Shown: piece by piece, positions 26,707-36,064 of the stretch
Layout of the letters: each line of letters opens with the position of its first letter
Numbering within the stretch: the first letter of the stretch is position 1
Origin: Betaproteobacteria bacterium
GTDB taxonomy: Bacteria; Bacillota; SHA-98; UBA4971
NCBI GenBank assembly: GCA_050260395.1
Contig: JBLNCC010000063.1
Coordinates: 76-64,075, forward strand
Reading direction: 5' to 3'
Length of the DNA stretch: 64,000 nt
Made by a program: the position numbers and the translations under genes
The notes under the pieces: model-generated
What the model was told of the DNA's origin: nothing
The model's input: the letters and a program-made list of their open reading frames with translations, nothing else
Databases searched by the model: none

Positions 26707-28400
26707 CGCGATCGCGACTCTGAATTGGCGAGGACGAGCACCCAACCGGTCGAATGGGCTTGTATCTTCTGGAGATCGAGCTCAGGACGAGCTTCCAACA
26801 GACGGGTAAGCGTCTCGTCCCTCATCACTATAACCGCGGGCCCTTGTGCCACAAGGTCGCGGAGCTCGCTCGGCTCCTGGAGGAAAGGCACGGATCGGCC
26901 AGCGTAATATTCGTAGACGACCTTCTCTGCCTCGCCCGGGACACCGTATGGAAGCGTGCCGCCGGCCCTGTACCATGCGAGTTGCGTGCCTTGCTGCAGC
27001 ATGGTCCTGACCCTGAGGCCGAAGGAGCGCCACGGCGAGACCTGGTCCCATTTGTAGCTCACGCTCGCAAAGAGCGTACTATAGCTTGCCACAGCAAGGA
27101 TGACCATTGACACGATGGCAAGGCGCTCACGCCGCCACAACGCGGCGAGGGTAAAGGCGGCGAAACCCACCGTGGACATCAGCAAGAAAGGCAGGATGAG
27201 GCCTCTGTATGGCCGCAGCCCGGCGTCCAGCGGCTGGATAATGAGATAGACATCGATCACCAGAAAGATGAGCGTCATCGCTGCGCTTATCACGGCTGAA
27301 ATGGCGAAGCGTCCGCGTTCCCGCAATTTGCGAGCTACGCCGACCGCCATCAATATAGCTAACGGCGGCAGCACCGGCAGAAGGTACCGAATCACACGCC
27401 AAGCGCTAACGTGCGGCACGAGAAAAGCAACAAGGAACCACAGCGACACGAAGAGCAGGCCATCCGCTTCGCGAGTCCGCGCCCGTCGGAGAGCTCGAAG
27501 CCCGCTTATCCCCGTAGCCACGGCGTCCGGAAGAAGGACCACCCACGGTATCACTGCCAACAGCAACTGCGGCAGGTACGTGACACTTAGCCATGAGAGC
27601 GGCCTGCCCCCCGGCCCCTGCAGGAATGCCAGGTTGCGCCTACCGAAGAACAAGTCCAGAAACGGACGGCCGAGACGCAGATACTCGTAGACGTACCACG
27701 TCCCGCCGACAGCGGCAAAGATCATCAAACCCAATAAAGTCCGCAACAACGCGGACCGCCATGAACCAAAGAGGGTTGTGACCCGAAAGTCATCCCTTCC
27801 GAGCATCCGGGCGGCAATGACGCACGCCAAAACCACTCCCGCCGGTATGACCAAGGCAACATGCCACCGATTCATAAACGAAAGCGAAAGCGCTAGCCAA
27901 GCGAGGTAGTAAGGGGCTGCACTGTGAGTCTGCCAGAAGAGCGCGAAAGCGTAAAAGAAGAGGACGTACGTAAAGACATTCAGGATGTCCTGCTGCACTA
28001 CCATCGTGCAGTAAGCGAAAAGCAGGCTCGTAGCGAGGATCAGCGTGGCAAGCAGGCACTCCTCTCGACCGAAAAACCGCCGTCCGAAAAGATAGGTAAG
28101 CAGAAGAGTCCCGAGGGACAATATCACCTGCCACAAGCGCGTCGACCAGTCATGTTGGCCCCAAAGACGGTACGACAAGGCAATCGGCCATATCGACAGG
28201 GGCGGCTTATCTAGGAGGCCGCCTCCTGAACCTCGGAGGGTCATCCAGTCACCGGAATCAACCACGCCGCGCGCAGCAGTGCTGTAGTAGGCTGTGTCCG
28301 CATCCGTTACCGGGAGGTTGACCCACGGGACATACATGAGCGCCCCGAAGAGGAGTATCAGGATCAGGTCCCCGACTACGGTCTTCTTCCCCGAATTCAC
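26703..28400 (-). CDS. GT-C fold glycosyltransferase (GT39 / ArnT-PMT-like)
   Basis: 565-aa multi-TM protein with an ArnT/PMT_2-like N-terminal loop (DADTAYYSTAARG...LDKPPLSIW). GTG start 28400 with a GGGGGTGA RBS. Confidence 0.85.
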   Translation of the reverse strand: MNSGKKTVVGDLILILLFGALMYVPWVNLPVTDADTAYYSTAARGVVDSGDWMTLRGSGGGLLDKPPLSIWPIALSYRLWGQHDWSTRLWQVILSLGTLLLTYLFGRRFFGREECLLATLILATSLLFAYCTMVVQQDILNVFTYVLFFYAFALFWQTHSAAPYYLAWLALSLSFMNRWHVALVIPAGVVLACVIAARMLGRDDFRVTTLFGSWRSALLRTLLGLMIFAAVGGTWYVYEYLRLGRPFLDLFFGRRNLAFLQGPGGRPLSWLSVTYLPQLLLAVIPWVVLLPDAVATGISGLRALRRARTREADGLLFVSLWFLVAFLVPHVSAWRVIRYLLPVLPPLAILMAVGVARKLRERGRFAISAVISAAMTLIFLVIDVYLIIQPLDAGLRPYRGLILPFLLMSTVGFAAFTLAALWRRERLAIVSMVILAVASYSTLFASVSYKWDQVSPWRSFGLRVRTMLQQGTQLAWYRAGGTLPYGVPGEAEKVVYEYYAGRSVPFLQEPSELRDLVAQGPAVIVMRDETLTRLLEARPELDLQKIQAHSTGWVLVLANSESRSR

Positions 28401-28473
28401 ATTCGCTCACCCCCGCGCTCCCCGTCCAGGCGAGAGCGCGGGAACGCTCCCAGCCTTTTGGGGAGCCTGCCGG

Positions 28474-29517
28474 TCACCGGTCGAGCCCGGTGACAGCGCA
28501 ATCATCCGCCCTGCCTTCAACATCCGAACGCTCCGGCGACGGCCCCCGTCGCTCGACACCGTGCTGATACCAGAGGAGAAAGGCTGCACCAATGAGAACT
28601 ACAAGGTAGTAGGAAAGCACTCGATCCAGCAGTACCGCCCCCCGCTCCACTCCCGGCGCAGCCTCTCCGATGACAAAGAGCTGAAGAAACGCGGCTTGAA
28701 AGGACTCTGTGACCCCGACTCCCCCGGGTATGAGGGACACGACGGCGACGAGGATCGAGGCCATGTATCCTATTGTGAGGCCCCACGGAGCCACCGTCAG
28801 ACCCACACTCCGGAATACACAATAGAACCTTACCACCTCAGCTCCCAGCGAAACCAACGACAGGCCCAGGAGCGGCCAGAGGTTTTCGTGCCGACACCAT
28901 GTGAGGAGGCTCATTCCAGAGCCCGCCATTACGCTCTCTATCCGCCTCTTTAAGCGGAGCGGGACTGGCAATGCCTCCATCGCGCGCCCGACACCGCGCA
29001 AGAACGCGTGTGGGAAGGTTAAGCCGGCGGCAAGAAACGCTAGAAGCGCGACCGCCACCCCAGCCAGCACGTGTATGGTGGGGCCAACAGCAGGAGGCCG
29101 GATGGCGAGGGCGGTCAAGAAGATGATGGCGACACTGAGCATGTCGAGGGCGCGCTCGACCAACATGGCCGCGGTGGACGGGGTGAGCGGGACACGGTGG
29201 AACCGCTTCAATATCAGAGGTTTAGCCACATCAATTGCCTTGCCCGGGACCAGACTTGACGACGCGACCCCGGCGTAGACCGAGCCCACCGACAACATAA
29301 AGGATATCCTCACGGAGGTTGCGGATCGAATCAAGCGCTGCCAGCGTACAGCCTTCGTAGCGATGTTGAAAAGCGAGGCCGACACAGCCCCGAGGAGAAA
29401 GAACAGGTTGACCCGCTCTACGCTCCACCGCAAGGCCGACCAATCCAAGGTCACCAAGAAGTACGCGAGCGCCGCGAGTCCGAGGAAGAGCAGCGCGTAA
29501 CGCAGGGAGTTTTTCAT
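28474..29517 (-). CDS. UPF0104 / lysyl-PG-synthase-TM-like flippase-like membrane protein
   Basis: About 347-aa polytopic protein with the family-like pattern. ATG 29517 overlaps the GT2 stop as ATGA. Confidence 0.75.
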   Translation of the reverse strand: MKNSLRYALLFLGLAALAYFLVTLDWSALRWSVERVNLFFLLGAVSASLFNIATKAVRWQRLIRSATSVRISFMLSVGSVYAGVASSSLVPGKAIDVAKPLILKRFHRVPLTPSTAAMLVERALDMLSVAIIFLTALAIRPPAVGPTIHVLAGVAVALLAFLAAGLTFPHAFLRGVGRAMEALPVPLRLKRRIESVMAGSGMSLLTWCRHENLWPLLGLSLVSLGAEVVRFYCVFRSVGLTVAPWGLTIGYMASILVAVVSLIPGGVGVTESFQAAFLQLFVIGEAAPGVERGAVLLDRVLSYYLVVLIGAAFLLWYQHGVERRGPSPERSDVEGRADDCAVTGLDR

Positions 29518-30293
29518 GCTCCGCCGCATCCCCTCTTTGCCCGCGCCCCGGACTGCCGAGAGGCAGCCACCCGGATCATCATCCGGAGATAATCCAGGAT
29601 CGTCCGCGCGACCTTCATCTTGCTGGCGCCGTTCTTTTGATCGTAACGGAGGACCAGCGGCACCTCCCGCGCCTTTACCCCGACGCTGCGCAGCTTCAGA
29701 AGCAGCTCCGCGGTGGCACTGAAGGTGGTGGCCTCAATAAGACGCGGACCATGAGCTCTGGCCGCCCGACGCAACGCCTCGGCCCGATACGCCCTAAAGC
29801 CCGACGTATAATCCGTGACACCTGGGATATTGAACAACGCCTTCAGCATCAGGTTGACGACGCGGCTCATCACGCGCCTCGACAACGCGAGCCCCACTTC
29901 ATGTCCGCCTTTTTGATAACGGGACGCGATGACTATGTCAGCATTATGCGGGGGCTGAAGCCAATCAAGCATTTGAGGGACAAGCCCCGGTTCATGCGTA
30001 TTGTCGGCATCCATTGTTACGAGAACGTCTGTGTCGCTGGAGGCTGATTCCAGGAAAGCCGCGATTCCATCCCGGAGGGAAGCCGGCAACCCTTGGTTGG
30101 TTCCGTGTGCGATCACCTCGATCGGCATCAGGCTCTCTCTTTCACGTACCCTTTCCATGGTGGCGTCGGTGCTGCCGTCGTTTACGACCAACACCCGGTA
30201 CCGGGGAAGTCGCCCACTGAGCGCACGTATCTTATCCAAAAGGGCGCCTATGTTCCCTTCTTCGTTGTAAGCGGGCAACAAGAAGTATAACAA
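29514..30293 (-). CDS. GT2 polyprenyl-phosphate glycosyltransferase (DPM1/GtrB/ArnC-like)
   Basis: PAYNEEGNI, NDGSTD and MDADNTH motifs. TTG start 30293 with AAGGTGA 6 nt upstream. Confidence 0.88.
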   Translation of the reverse strand: MLYFLLPAYNEEGNIGALLDKIRALSGRLPRYRVLVVNDGSTDATMERVRERESLMPIEVIAHGTNQGLPASLRDGIAAFLESASSDTDVLVTMDADNTHEPGLVPQMLDWLQPPHNADIVIASRYQKGGHEVGLALSRRVMSRVVNLMLKALFNIPGVTDYTSGFRAYRAEALRRAARAHGPRLIEATTFSATAELLLKLRSVGVKAREVPLVLRYDQKNGASKMKVARTILDYLRMMIRVAASRQSGARAKRGCGGA

Positions 30294-30709
30294 TTCAGGT
30301 CACCTTTCTTGGACCCGTATCTGCGTCTTTCTCGCCATCTTTGGGGATCGCTCCTCTGGACGCTCAGCTTCCTAAGCGTGTTGCACCGTGCCCTGCTGTC
30401 CCCTTGAGCATACCACAGCGGCGGCGCGCCTGGAAGGCGGTAGTGGGCATTCTATGCATGACTGGCGCAGACCCAGGCGCACCCGCATGTGAAATGCTCT
30501 GTAGGCTTGGTCGGGTTCGCTTCTGGAAGCGGCAGGCCGGCGGAACCGCTGGGCGGAGCTGAACTGATAGGATATCTGTTGCAGGGAAAGGCGCGTTTAT
30601 GGAGAACTACCGAAACTTTGGCAGGTGCTTTAGCAGGTGGGTCGTCTAGGATGACGATCTCTTGCCTGTCGCGCTTTCGCTCGCGCATTCGTAGAGTACT
30701 GTGGACCCG

Positions 30710-30731
30710 TGATCGCGCCACCTCGCGATCA
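30710..30731. repeat. inverted repeat TGATCGCG-N6-CGCGATCA (two GATC sites)
   Basis: Perfect 8-bp arms read directly; about 130 nt upstream of the MATE gene start. Function unknown. Confidence 0.6.
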
Positions 30732-30862
30732 GCGCGTCGGCTTCGAGCGGGGGCCCGTTTAGCTCCGGCGCCCCATACCCAGCTGTACACCCGTTTAGCT
30801 CGCGAGGCCCGGGCTGTTTGTCCAGGCACCCTATCTGAGCATTAAGGAGAATCTGCAGGCCG

Positions 30863-32236
30863 ATGGATTCAGGCGCGACCGATTTCACCCAAGGCAGCAT
30901 ACCGCGGCACCTCATAACGTTCTCCATACCACTACTGCTCGGAAACTTCCTCCAGGCGGCATACAACACGGTTGACAGCTTTTGGGTCGGCAGGTATCTT
31001 GGTCCGCAAGCGCTCGCCGCCGTGTCGGTGAGTTCGCCCATCATCTTCTCGCTCATCTCGCTGGTGCTCGGCCTGACCGTGGCGGTCACAGTATTGGTGG
31101 CGCAGCTCTACGGGGCAGGCGAGCAAGCCCGAGTGCGCCACGTCGTCACGAACTCTCTCGTGTTCCTGACGGAGATCGGGATCATCTTGTCGATCATCGG
31201 GGTCCTAAGCAGGAACGCCCTCTTGCGGCTCATAAACGTCCCCTCCGATGTGTTCAAGCCGGCCTTCGACTACCTCGGGATCTTTCTGGCAGGGCTGGTG
31301 GGCATGTTTCTCTACAACGCCGCGAGCGCCATACTGAGGGGCCTGGGCGATTCGAGGACGCCCTTGCGCTTCCTCGCGTACGCTACGGTGACGAACATAA
31401 TCCTCGACCCGATCTTCATTCTGGGCGCGGGCCCGATTCCGCGCATGGAGGTGGCGGGTGCCGCGCTTGCCACTATACTTGCCCAGGCTTTTTCCGCCGT
31501 CATCGCCCTCATGCACTTGCACAGAGTCTCCGGGCTGCTGAAGATCGAGCGTGATTGGTGGCGACTGGACCTGCCGCTCCTAGGCCTTGTCTCCCGAATC
31601 GGCCTGCCCGCGGGGGTGCAGCAGACCCTCGTTTCGCTGAGCGGCCTTGCCGTCAATTCGATAGTAAATCGCTTCGGAAGCATAGCTATGGCTGGCTACG
31701 GAGCTGGGCTTAGACTTGACCAGTTCGCGTTCATGCCCGCCATGAGCAGCGGGATCGCGGTCACATCCCTCGTCGGGCAGAACCTCGGCGCGGGACGGGA
31801 CGACAGGGTATCCGAGACCGTGCGCTGGGCGGTTCTCCTCGGCGGGGGCATCACCGCAGTAATGTCCATCGCTGTGCTGGCCGGTTCCGCGAACCTCATC
31901 GCGATGTTCACCAGGAACGCGAACGTCATCTCGATAGGCGCAGGGTATCTCAGGTACGCAGCCATGTCCTATGTCCCCTACGCCCTCATGTTCACGCTGT
32001 CCGGGGTGCTTCGCGGAGCAGGGGACACCGTTACCAGCATGCTCTCAACCCTCATCTCTTTGTGGCTGGTGAGAGTCCCCATGGCCGCTGTGCTGTCGCG
32101 GCTCCCCGGGCTCGGGATCAAGGGCGTGTGGATCGCCATCGTTGCAGGGCCGGTTTCAGGAACCCTTATCAATTTCGTGTACTACCGGACCGGCCTCTGG
32201 AAGAAGCGCGTCGTGGTACGCCGGCAAGGTGGGTGA
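30863..32236 (+). CDS. MATE family efflux transporter
   Basis: 457 aa, 12-TM pattern, N-terminal ...IPLLLGNFLQAAYNTVDSFWVGRYLG typical of MATE. AAGGAG RBS. Confidence 0.92.
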   Translation: MDSGATDFTQGSIPRHLITFSIPLLLGNFLQAAYNTVDSFWVGRYLGPQALAAVSVSSPIIFSLISLVLGLTVAVTVLVAQLYGAGEQARVRHVVTNSLVFLTEIGIILSIIGVLSRNALLRLINVPSDVFKPAFDYLGIFLAGLVGMFLYNAASAILRGLGDSRTPLRFLAYATVTNIILDPIFILGAGPIPRMEVAGAALATILAQAFSAVIALMHLHRVSGLLKIERDWWRLDLPLLGLVSRIGLPAGVQQTLVSLSGLAVNSIVNRFGSIAMAGYGAGLRLDQFAFMPAMSSGIAVTSLVGQNLGAGRDDRVSETVRWAVLLGGGITAVMSIAVLAGSANLIAMFTRNANVISIGAGYLRYAAMSYVPYALMFTLSGVLRGAGDTVTSMLSTLISLWLVRVPMAAVLSRLPGLGIKGVWIAIVAGPVSGTLINFVYYRTGLWKKRVVVRRQGG

Positions 32237-32287
32237 TCGCGGCAGCCCCGGCCGTGGCACCATCTAACCCCGAGGGGCTCAGCTCGG

Positions 32288-32323
32288 GCGAGCGCCTCCG
32301 CGTCAGGGCGCTCGCTATTTCTT
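32288..32323 (+). terminator. rho-independent terminator after the MATE gene
   Basis: GCGAGCGCC-(9 nt)-GGCGCTCGC followed by TATTTCTT. Confidence 0.7.
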
Positions 32324-32612
32324 GAGCTTGCCGCGCTGCTGCCTGTCCCGACGTGTCATATAGCTCTGGTTCCGCAGCTCCTTGGAAAACGCGGCCGCCG
32401 ACGTGGGGGAGCCCGGCGCCTCGACCTCTCGTCCCGCATGCAGTGGTGTTGCGGCACTTGAAAACCGGTCGAAAGGATATCGCGGCCGGGACCGCTAGGA
32501 CGACTGAGACACGCCGCCCGCGGCCATACTAACTACAACCATCGTCGTCATGCAAAGCGGAAAGCTCGGGGCATAGACGGATAACGCATGGCGCACGGAG
32601 GTATGAGCAAGC

Positions 32613-33752
32613 ATGGCAGTAAGGAGACTGAGGGTCGGGATCATTGGCGTGGGCATGGCGTTCGAGCGCTTGCATTATCCGGCCTACCAGCGACTCGCCG
32701 AGCGCTACGAGATCGCTGCCCTATGCGATGTGGACATATGGAAAGGTCAGGAGTGGGCGGGAAAGCTCGGAATCGGCCAGGAACACGCGTACAGCAGGTA
32801 TGAAGACATGCTTCAGCGGGAGGACCTGGACGTGGTGGACATCATGGTGCCCATCGAGCTAAACTACGCGGTCACCGAATCCGTTGCCCGCGTTCTAGGT
32901 GCAAAGAAAGACGGAAAGCAAAGGGGAATCATTGCGGAGAAGCCGCTTGCATCGAACACAGAAGAGGCACGGAAGGCGCGGGACCTCGCCGACAAGTATC
33001 ACATTCCCATCATGATTGCCGAGAACTATCGTTACAACCAGGAGATCAACATAATCCGGGACCTCGTGCGTACCAAGCACGTTGGCGATCCAGTCTACTT
33101 CATCCAGAATGTGGCGACGGAGTTCCCGGTAGGAATGTACAAGGACGACTTCTACGCAAGGGAGTGGCGTCAGCATCCCAAGTTTCCCGGCGGCAACCTC
33201 ACCGACGCTGGCCTTCACGACATCGCGGCGCTGCGGCACATTTTCGGTCCCGTTGATCGTCTCCACGCGTTCGGCGCGCCACAGGACGACGAGTTCTCGC
33301 CTTATGCCGTGGTGTGTGTGAACTTCCTCTTCAAGAGCGGCGTGCTGGGGCAGTTCAGCTTCTACTCAGCGGGGCGGGAAGTCCAACGCCCGCTCATCGG
33401 GCTGCGCATTTTCGGGCAAGGCGGCATGATCTACCTCGAAGAGCGCCTCGCGGGCGTGATCAACGTATTCCACAACGACGGCCGGCATGAGGAGATCCCA
33501 TACGTACCTTACGAAGGCTACTACAATGAGCTCTTAAACATGCACAATGCTTTGACAGGCACCGAGCCAATCTCCGTGCCCCCCGAGATGGAGTTCGGCG
33601 ACTTGAAGACCATAATGGATATTCTTAAATCCATCGAGGAAGAAAGGGTCGTGCCGGTGGACGAGGCTCGGACCTACACGCCCGTCTATGGGCCTCAGCT
33701 GGGTCGAAGCCACGAGCGAACCGGTGAAGAGCTGGAGCAACCACGACTATGA
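32613..33752 (+). CDS. Gfo/Idh/MocA family oxidoreductase
   Basis: Rossmann N-terminus LRVGIIGVGMAF and AEKPLA motif; 379 aa. Confidence 0.9.
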   Translation: MAVRRLRVGIIGVGMAFERLHYPAYQRLAERYEIAALCDVDIWKGQEWAGKLGIGQEHAYSRYEDMLQREDLDVVDIMVPIELNYAVTESVARVLGAKKDGKQRGIIAEKPLASNTEEARKARDLADKYHIPIMIAENYRYNQEINIIRDLVRTKHVGDPVYFIQNVATEFPVGMYKDDFYAREWRQHPKFPGGNLTDAGLHDIAALRHIFGPVDRLHAFGAPQDDEFSPYAVVCVNFLFKSGVLGQFSFYSAGREVQRPLIGLRIFGQGGMIYLEERLAGVINVFHNDGRHEEIPYVPYEGYYNELLNMHNALTGTEPISVPPEMEFGDLKTIMDILKSIEEERVVPVDEARTYTPVYGPQLGRSHERTGEELEQPRL

Positions 33753-33849
33753 ACGTTAAACACTGGGGCATCCCGGGAGCCGGGTGCGGGCGCGCCACGG
33801 GCAAGAAAACGCTCACCACGCCCCCGCCCTCGCCGCACGGGCCGACGGT

Positions 33850-34716
33850 CTACACGAGCTGCCACCCATCCGCGTCCTTGATGAACGCAAGCCGGTGTTC
33901 CCGGAGCACATCCGCGGTCTCGCGGGGCCCACATTTGTCCACGGGGTAAGCGCAGATGGCCTTCATTCGGGAGCTGCGTATCACGATGTCCACACGGTTC
34001 TCGTATTCTACGAGTTTAGTCCAATCCTTCGGCTCGATCCAGCTAGTGTCCCCGGAGAGCCTCATGCCGTCGAACCCCCTGGATAGCGCCTGGTCAAGCT
34101 TGGCCGCCCATCCTTCGATGACACTGTCCGCGTTGAACGCGCCGCCTCTTATGTACCATTCCGAAGAAGAGAGAATCTCGAGTTGTCCTTTCCTCAGGTA
34201 ACCCTCCAGTCCAGGCACCGCCTGGGCCAGCGCCTCCCTCGCCATGGCGCGACCAAACGGTTCGCAGGTGACCCACAAGCAGAATTCATTGTGCTCCAGC
34301 CCCGCCCTGAAGTAAGGGACGAGAACGTCAGCCAGGTCCTGGCTACTAGCGTAGAACTGACAAAGATGCATGCCCCAGGGAAGGAGCCTCATTGCGTCGG
34401 CTCCCGACCTCCTGAACTCATCCTGTAGGCGATACCGCACGGATCTGGCGGGCCCTTGACACACTCCCACAATGGGGTTTCCGTAAGCTTGGATGGAAAG
34501 CATCGAGGCTGGTCGTCGCGGAAAGGACCGCAAGGATTCGCCGGCTGAGCTTTTCCGGTGACCAACGAATTCCGCGATGAGCACGTCGAGCCTTGTGCTC
34601 AACGCCTGAACCGCCGGAGCTTGGAGATTCTGGTGGTTCTTCTGAACGGCACGATTCAGTTCCTTGCGAAGTTCCTCAATCTCTGCGGTGAGCTGCGCGA
34701 GCGCTACGTCTTTCAT
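33850..34716 (-). CDS. Spo0E-like domain fused to a MEDS sensory domain
   Basis: N-terminal LTAEIEELRKELNRAV...VQALSTRLDVLIAEF resembles the Spo0E family helix-hairpin with its S-x-x-x-D motif. Residues about 115-288 (HLCQFYASSQDL...EFCLWV...GMRLSGDTSW...AICAYPVD) look like MEDS. Confidence 0.75.
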   Translation of the reverse strand: MKDVALAQLTAEIEELRKELNRAVQKNHQNLQAPAVQALSTRLDVLIAEFVGHRKSSAGESLRSFPRRPASMLSIQAYGNPIVGVCQGPARSVRYRLQDEFRRSGADAMRLLPWGMHLCQFYASSQDLADVLVPYFRAGLEHNEFCLWVTCEPFGRAMAREALAQAVPGLEGYLRKGQLEILSSSEWYIRGGAFNADSVIEGWAAKLDQALSRGFDGMRLSGDTSWIEPKDWTKLVEYENRVDIVIRSSRMKAICAYPVDKCGPRETADVLREHRLAFIKDADGWQLV

Positions 34717-35146
34717 TAATGTGCGTCTTCCCTTGCTTGTTCTTCTGCCTTATCTGTGCTTCCGTGCCTGTTACCTATGGTTCCCTATTCTTTGTCGCGC
34801 CTCGTCTTCTTCAGGCCTCTGAATACATGCCTCGACAACCCTCTCACAGCCTCTCAAGCACAACCCCCTTTTCCACGACGTCATACGGCGGTGGCATCGC
34901 GGCGTGCGATTCGGGTACAGACGTTTGGTGTCGAAGAGCAATGCAACACGACGGGCCCTGCCGACGCGGACCAACACGACTCGACCTACGCGATGCATTA
35001 TCTTCGCCATGAATCGATGCAATCCTTCTGGGCGAGGCCTGTGAAAGGTGTTTTCCTCTATCGGCGCTTTCGCAGGCTCTTTTTGTGTCCCGTCCGGCAC
35101 CGACTTGCGCCGCATGACTTCAATCTCGGCCGACCGACACCGGCGG

Positions 35147-36064
35147 TCATTTCTGCGAGACGTAGGGTTTGCCGTCAGCCTCCGGAGCCTCGGCCTTCCC
35201 GACGAACCCCGCCAGGGCCAGGAGAGCAAGCACATACGGCAGGGCGAGGAAGGCCTCCTTCGGGATCGCGGCGGTGAGATTGAGCTGCAGCGCGATCTGA
35301 ACGGCGTCCGCTACTCCGAAGAAGATCGCTGCCAGGAAAGCGCCCACCGGGTGCCATTTCCCGAATATCATCGCCACAAGGCCGAGGTATCCCCGGCCAG
35401 CGCTCATGTCTTGCTGAAAGAATCCCAGCACGTCCAGCACGAGATAGGCACCAGCGAGACCGGCCAGAGCGCCACTCGTCACCACGCTCGCGTACCGCAC
35501 CCGATGGACCGGAATCCCTACGCTCTCCGCAGCGTCGGGCCGCTCGCCGACGCTCCGAACCCGAAGCCCCAAGGGGGTTTGCTGGTAGAAATAGAGCAGC
35601 GCAAAAGGAAGGGCTAGCGCAAAGACGTCTATCACGGTCATGTTCATGAGGGTCGGGCCGACACCAGGAAGTTGAGCTACCACAGCGGGGAAGAGCTTTG
35701 GAATGGTTGGTACGGCTGGCGATGTGCCAGCGTGCCTGAAGATCACTTTCAAGAGAAAGTTCGTGCCCCCCGCCGCCACAACGTTGATTCCCGTCGCGCT
35801 GATGATCTGGTCCGCCGCCCAAGTCACGCTGGCGTACGCATGCACGAGCCCGAGCGCCGCGCCCACCGCCACCCCGCACAGCAAGCCCAGCCAGGCGCTT
35901 CCAAGGGCGCTGGCACCTATCATGCTCGCAAATGCCCCAGACAGCATCATGCCCTCCAGAGCAAGATTGACTACGCCAGCGCGTTCAGATACCAGGCCTG
36001 CCTCTGCAGCGAGTATCAAAGGCACGGATGCCTGAATCGCGGAGGCGAGCACCCAGGATATCAT
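35147..36064 (-). CDS. ABC transporter permease (BMP/nucleoside-type, YufQ/NupQ-like)
   Basis: 305-aa polytopic protein, last gene of the BMP-type ABC operon, overlapping the upstream permease gene by 4 nt. Confidence 0.88.
   Translation of the reverse strand: MISWVLASAIQASVPLILAAEAGLVSERAGVVNLALEGMMLSGAFASMIGASALGSAWLGLLCGVAVGAALGLVHAYASVTWAADQIISATGINVVAAGGTNFLLKVIFRHAGTSPAVPTIPKLFPAVVAQLPGVGPTLMNMTVIDVFALALPFALLYFYQQTPLGLRVRSVGERPDAAESVGIPVHRVRYASVVTSGALAGLAGAYLVLDVLGFFQQDMSAGRGYLGLVAMIFGKWHPVGAFLAAIFFGVADAVQIALQLNLTAAIPKEAFLALPYVLALLALAGFVGKAEAPEADGKPYVSQK

Noticed and set aside
32325-32470. Minus-strand reading frame ending ...AFSKELRNQSYMTRRDRQQRGKLKK* downstream of the MATE gene
   Set aside because: The frame opens after a TAG and has no start codon until the last 15 codons. 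The only AAGGAG is 18 nt from that ATG. It overlaps the MATE terminator. It is likely non-coding or a decayed remnant.
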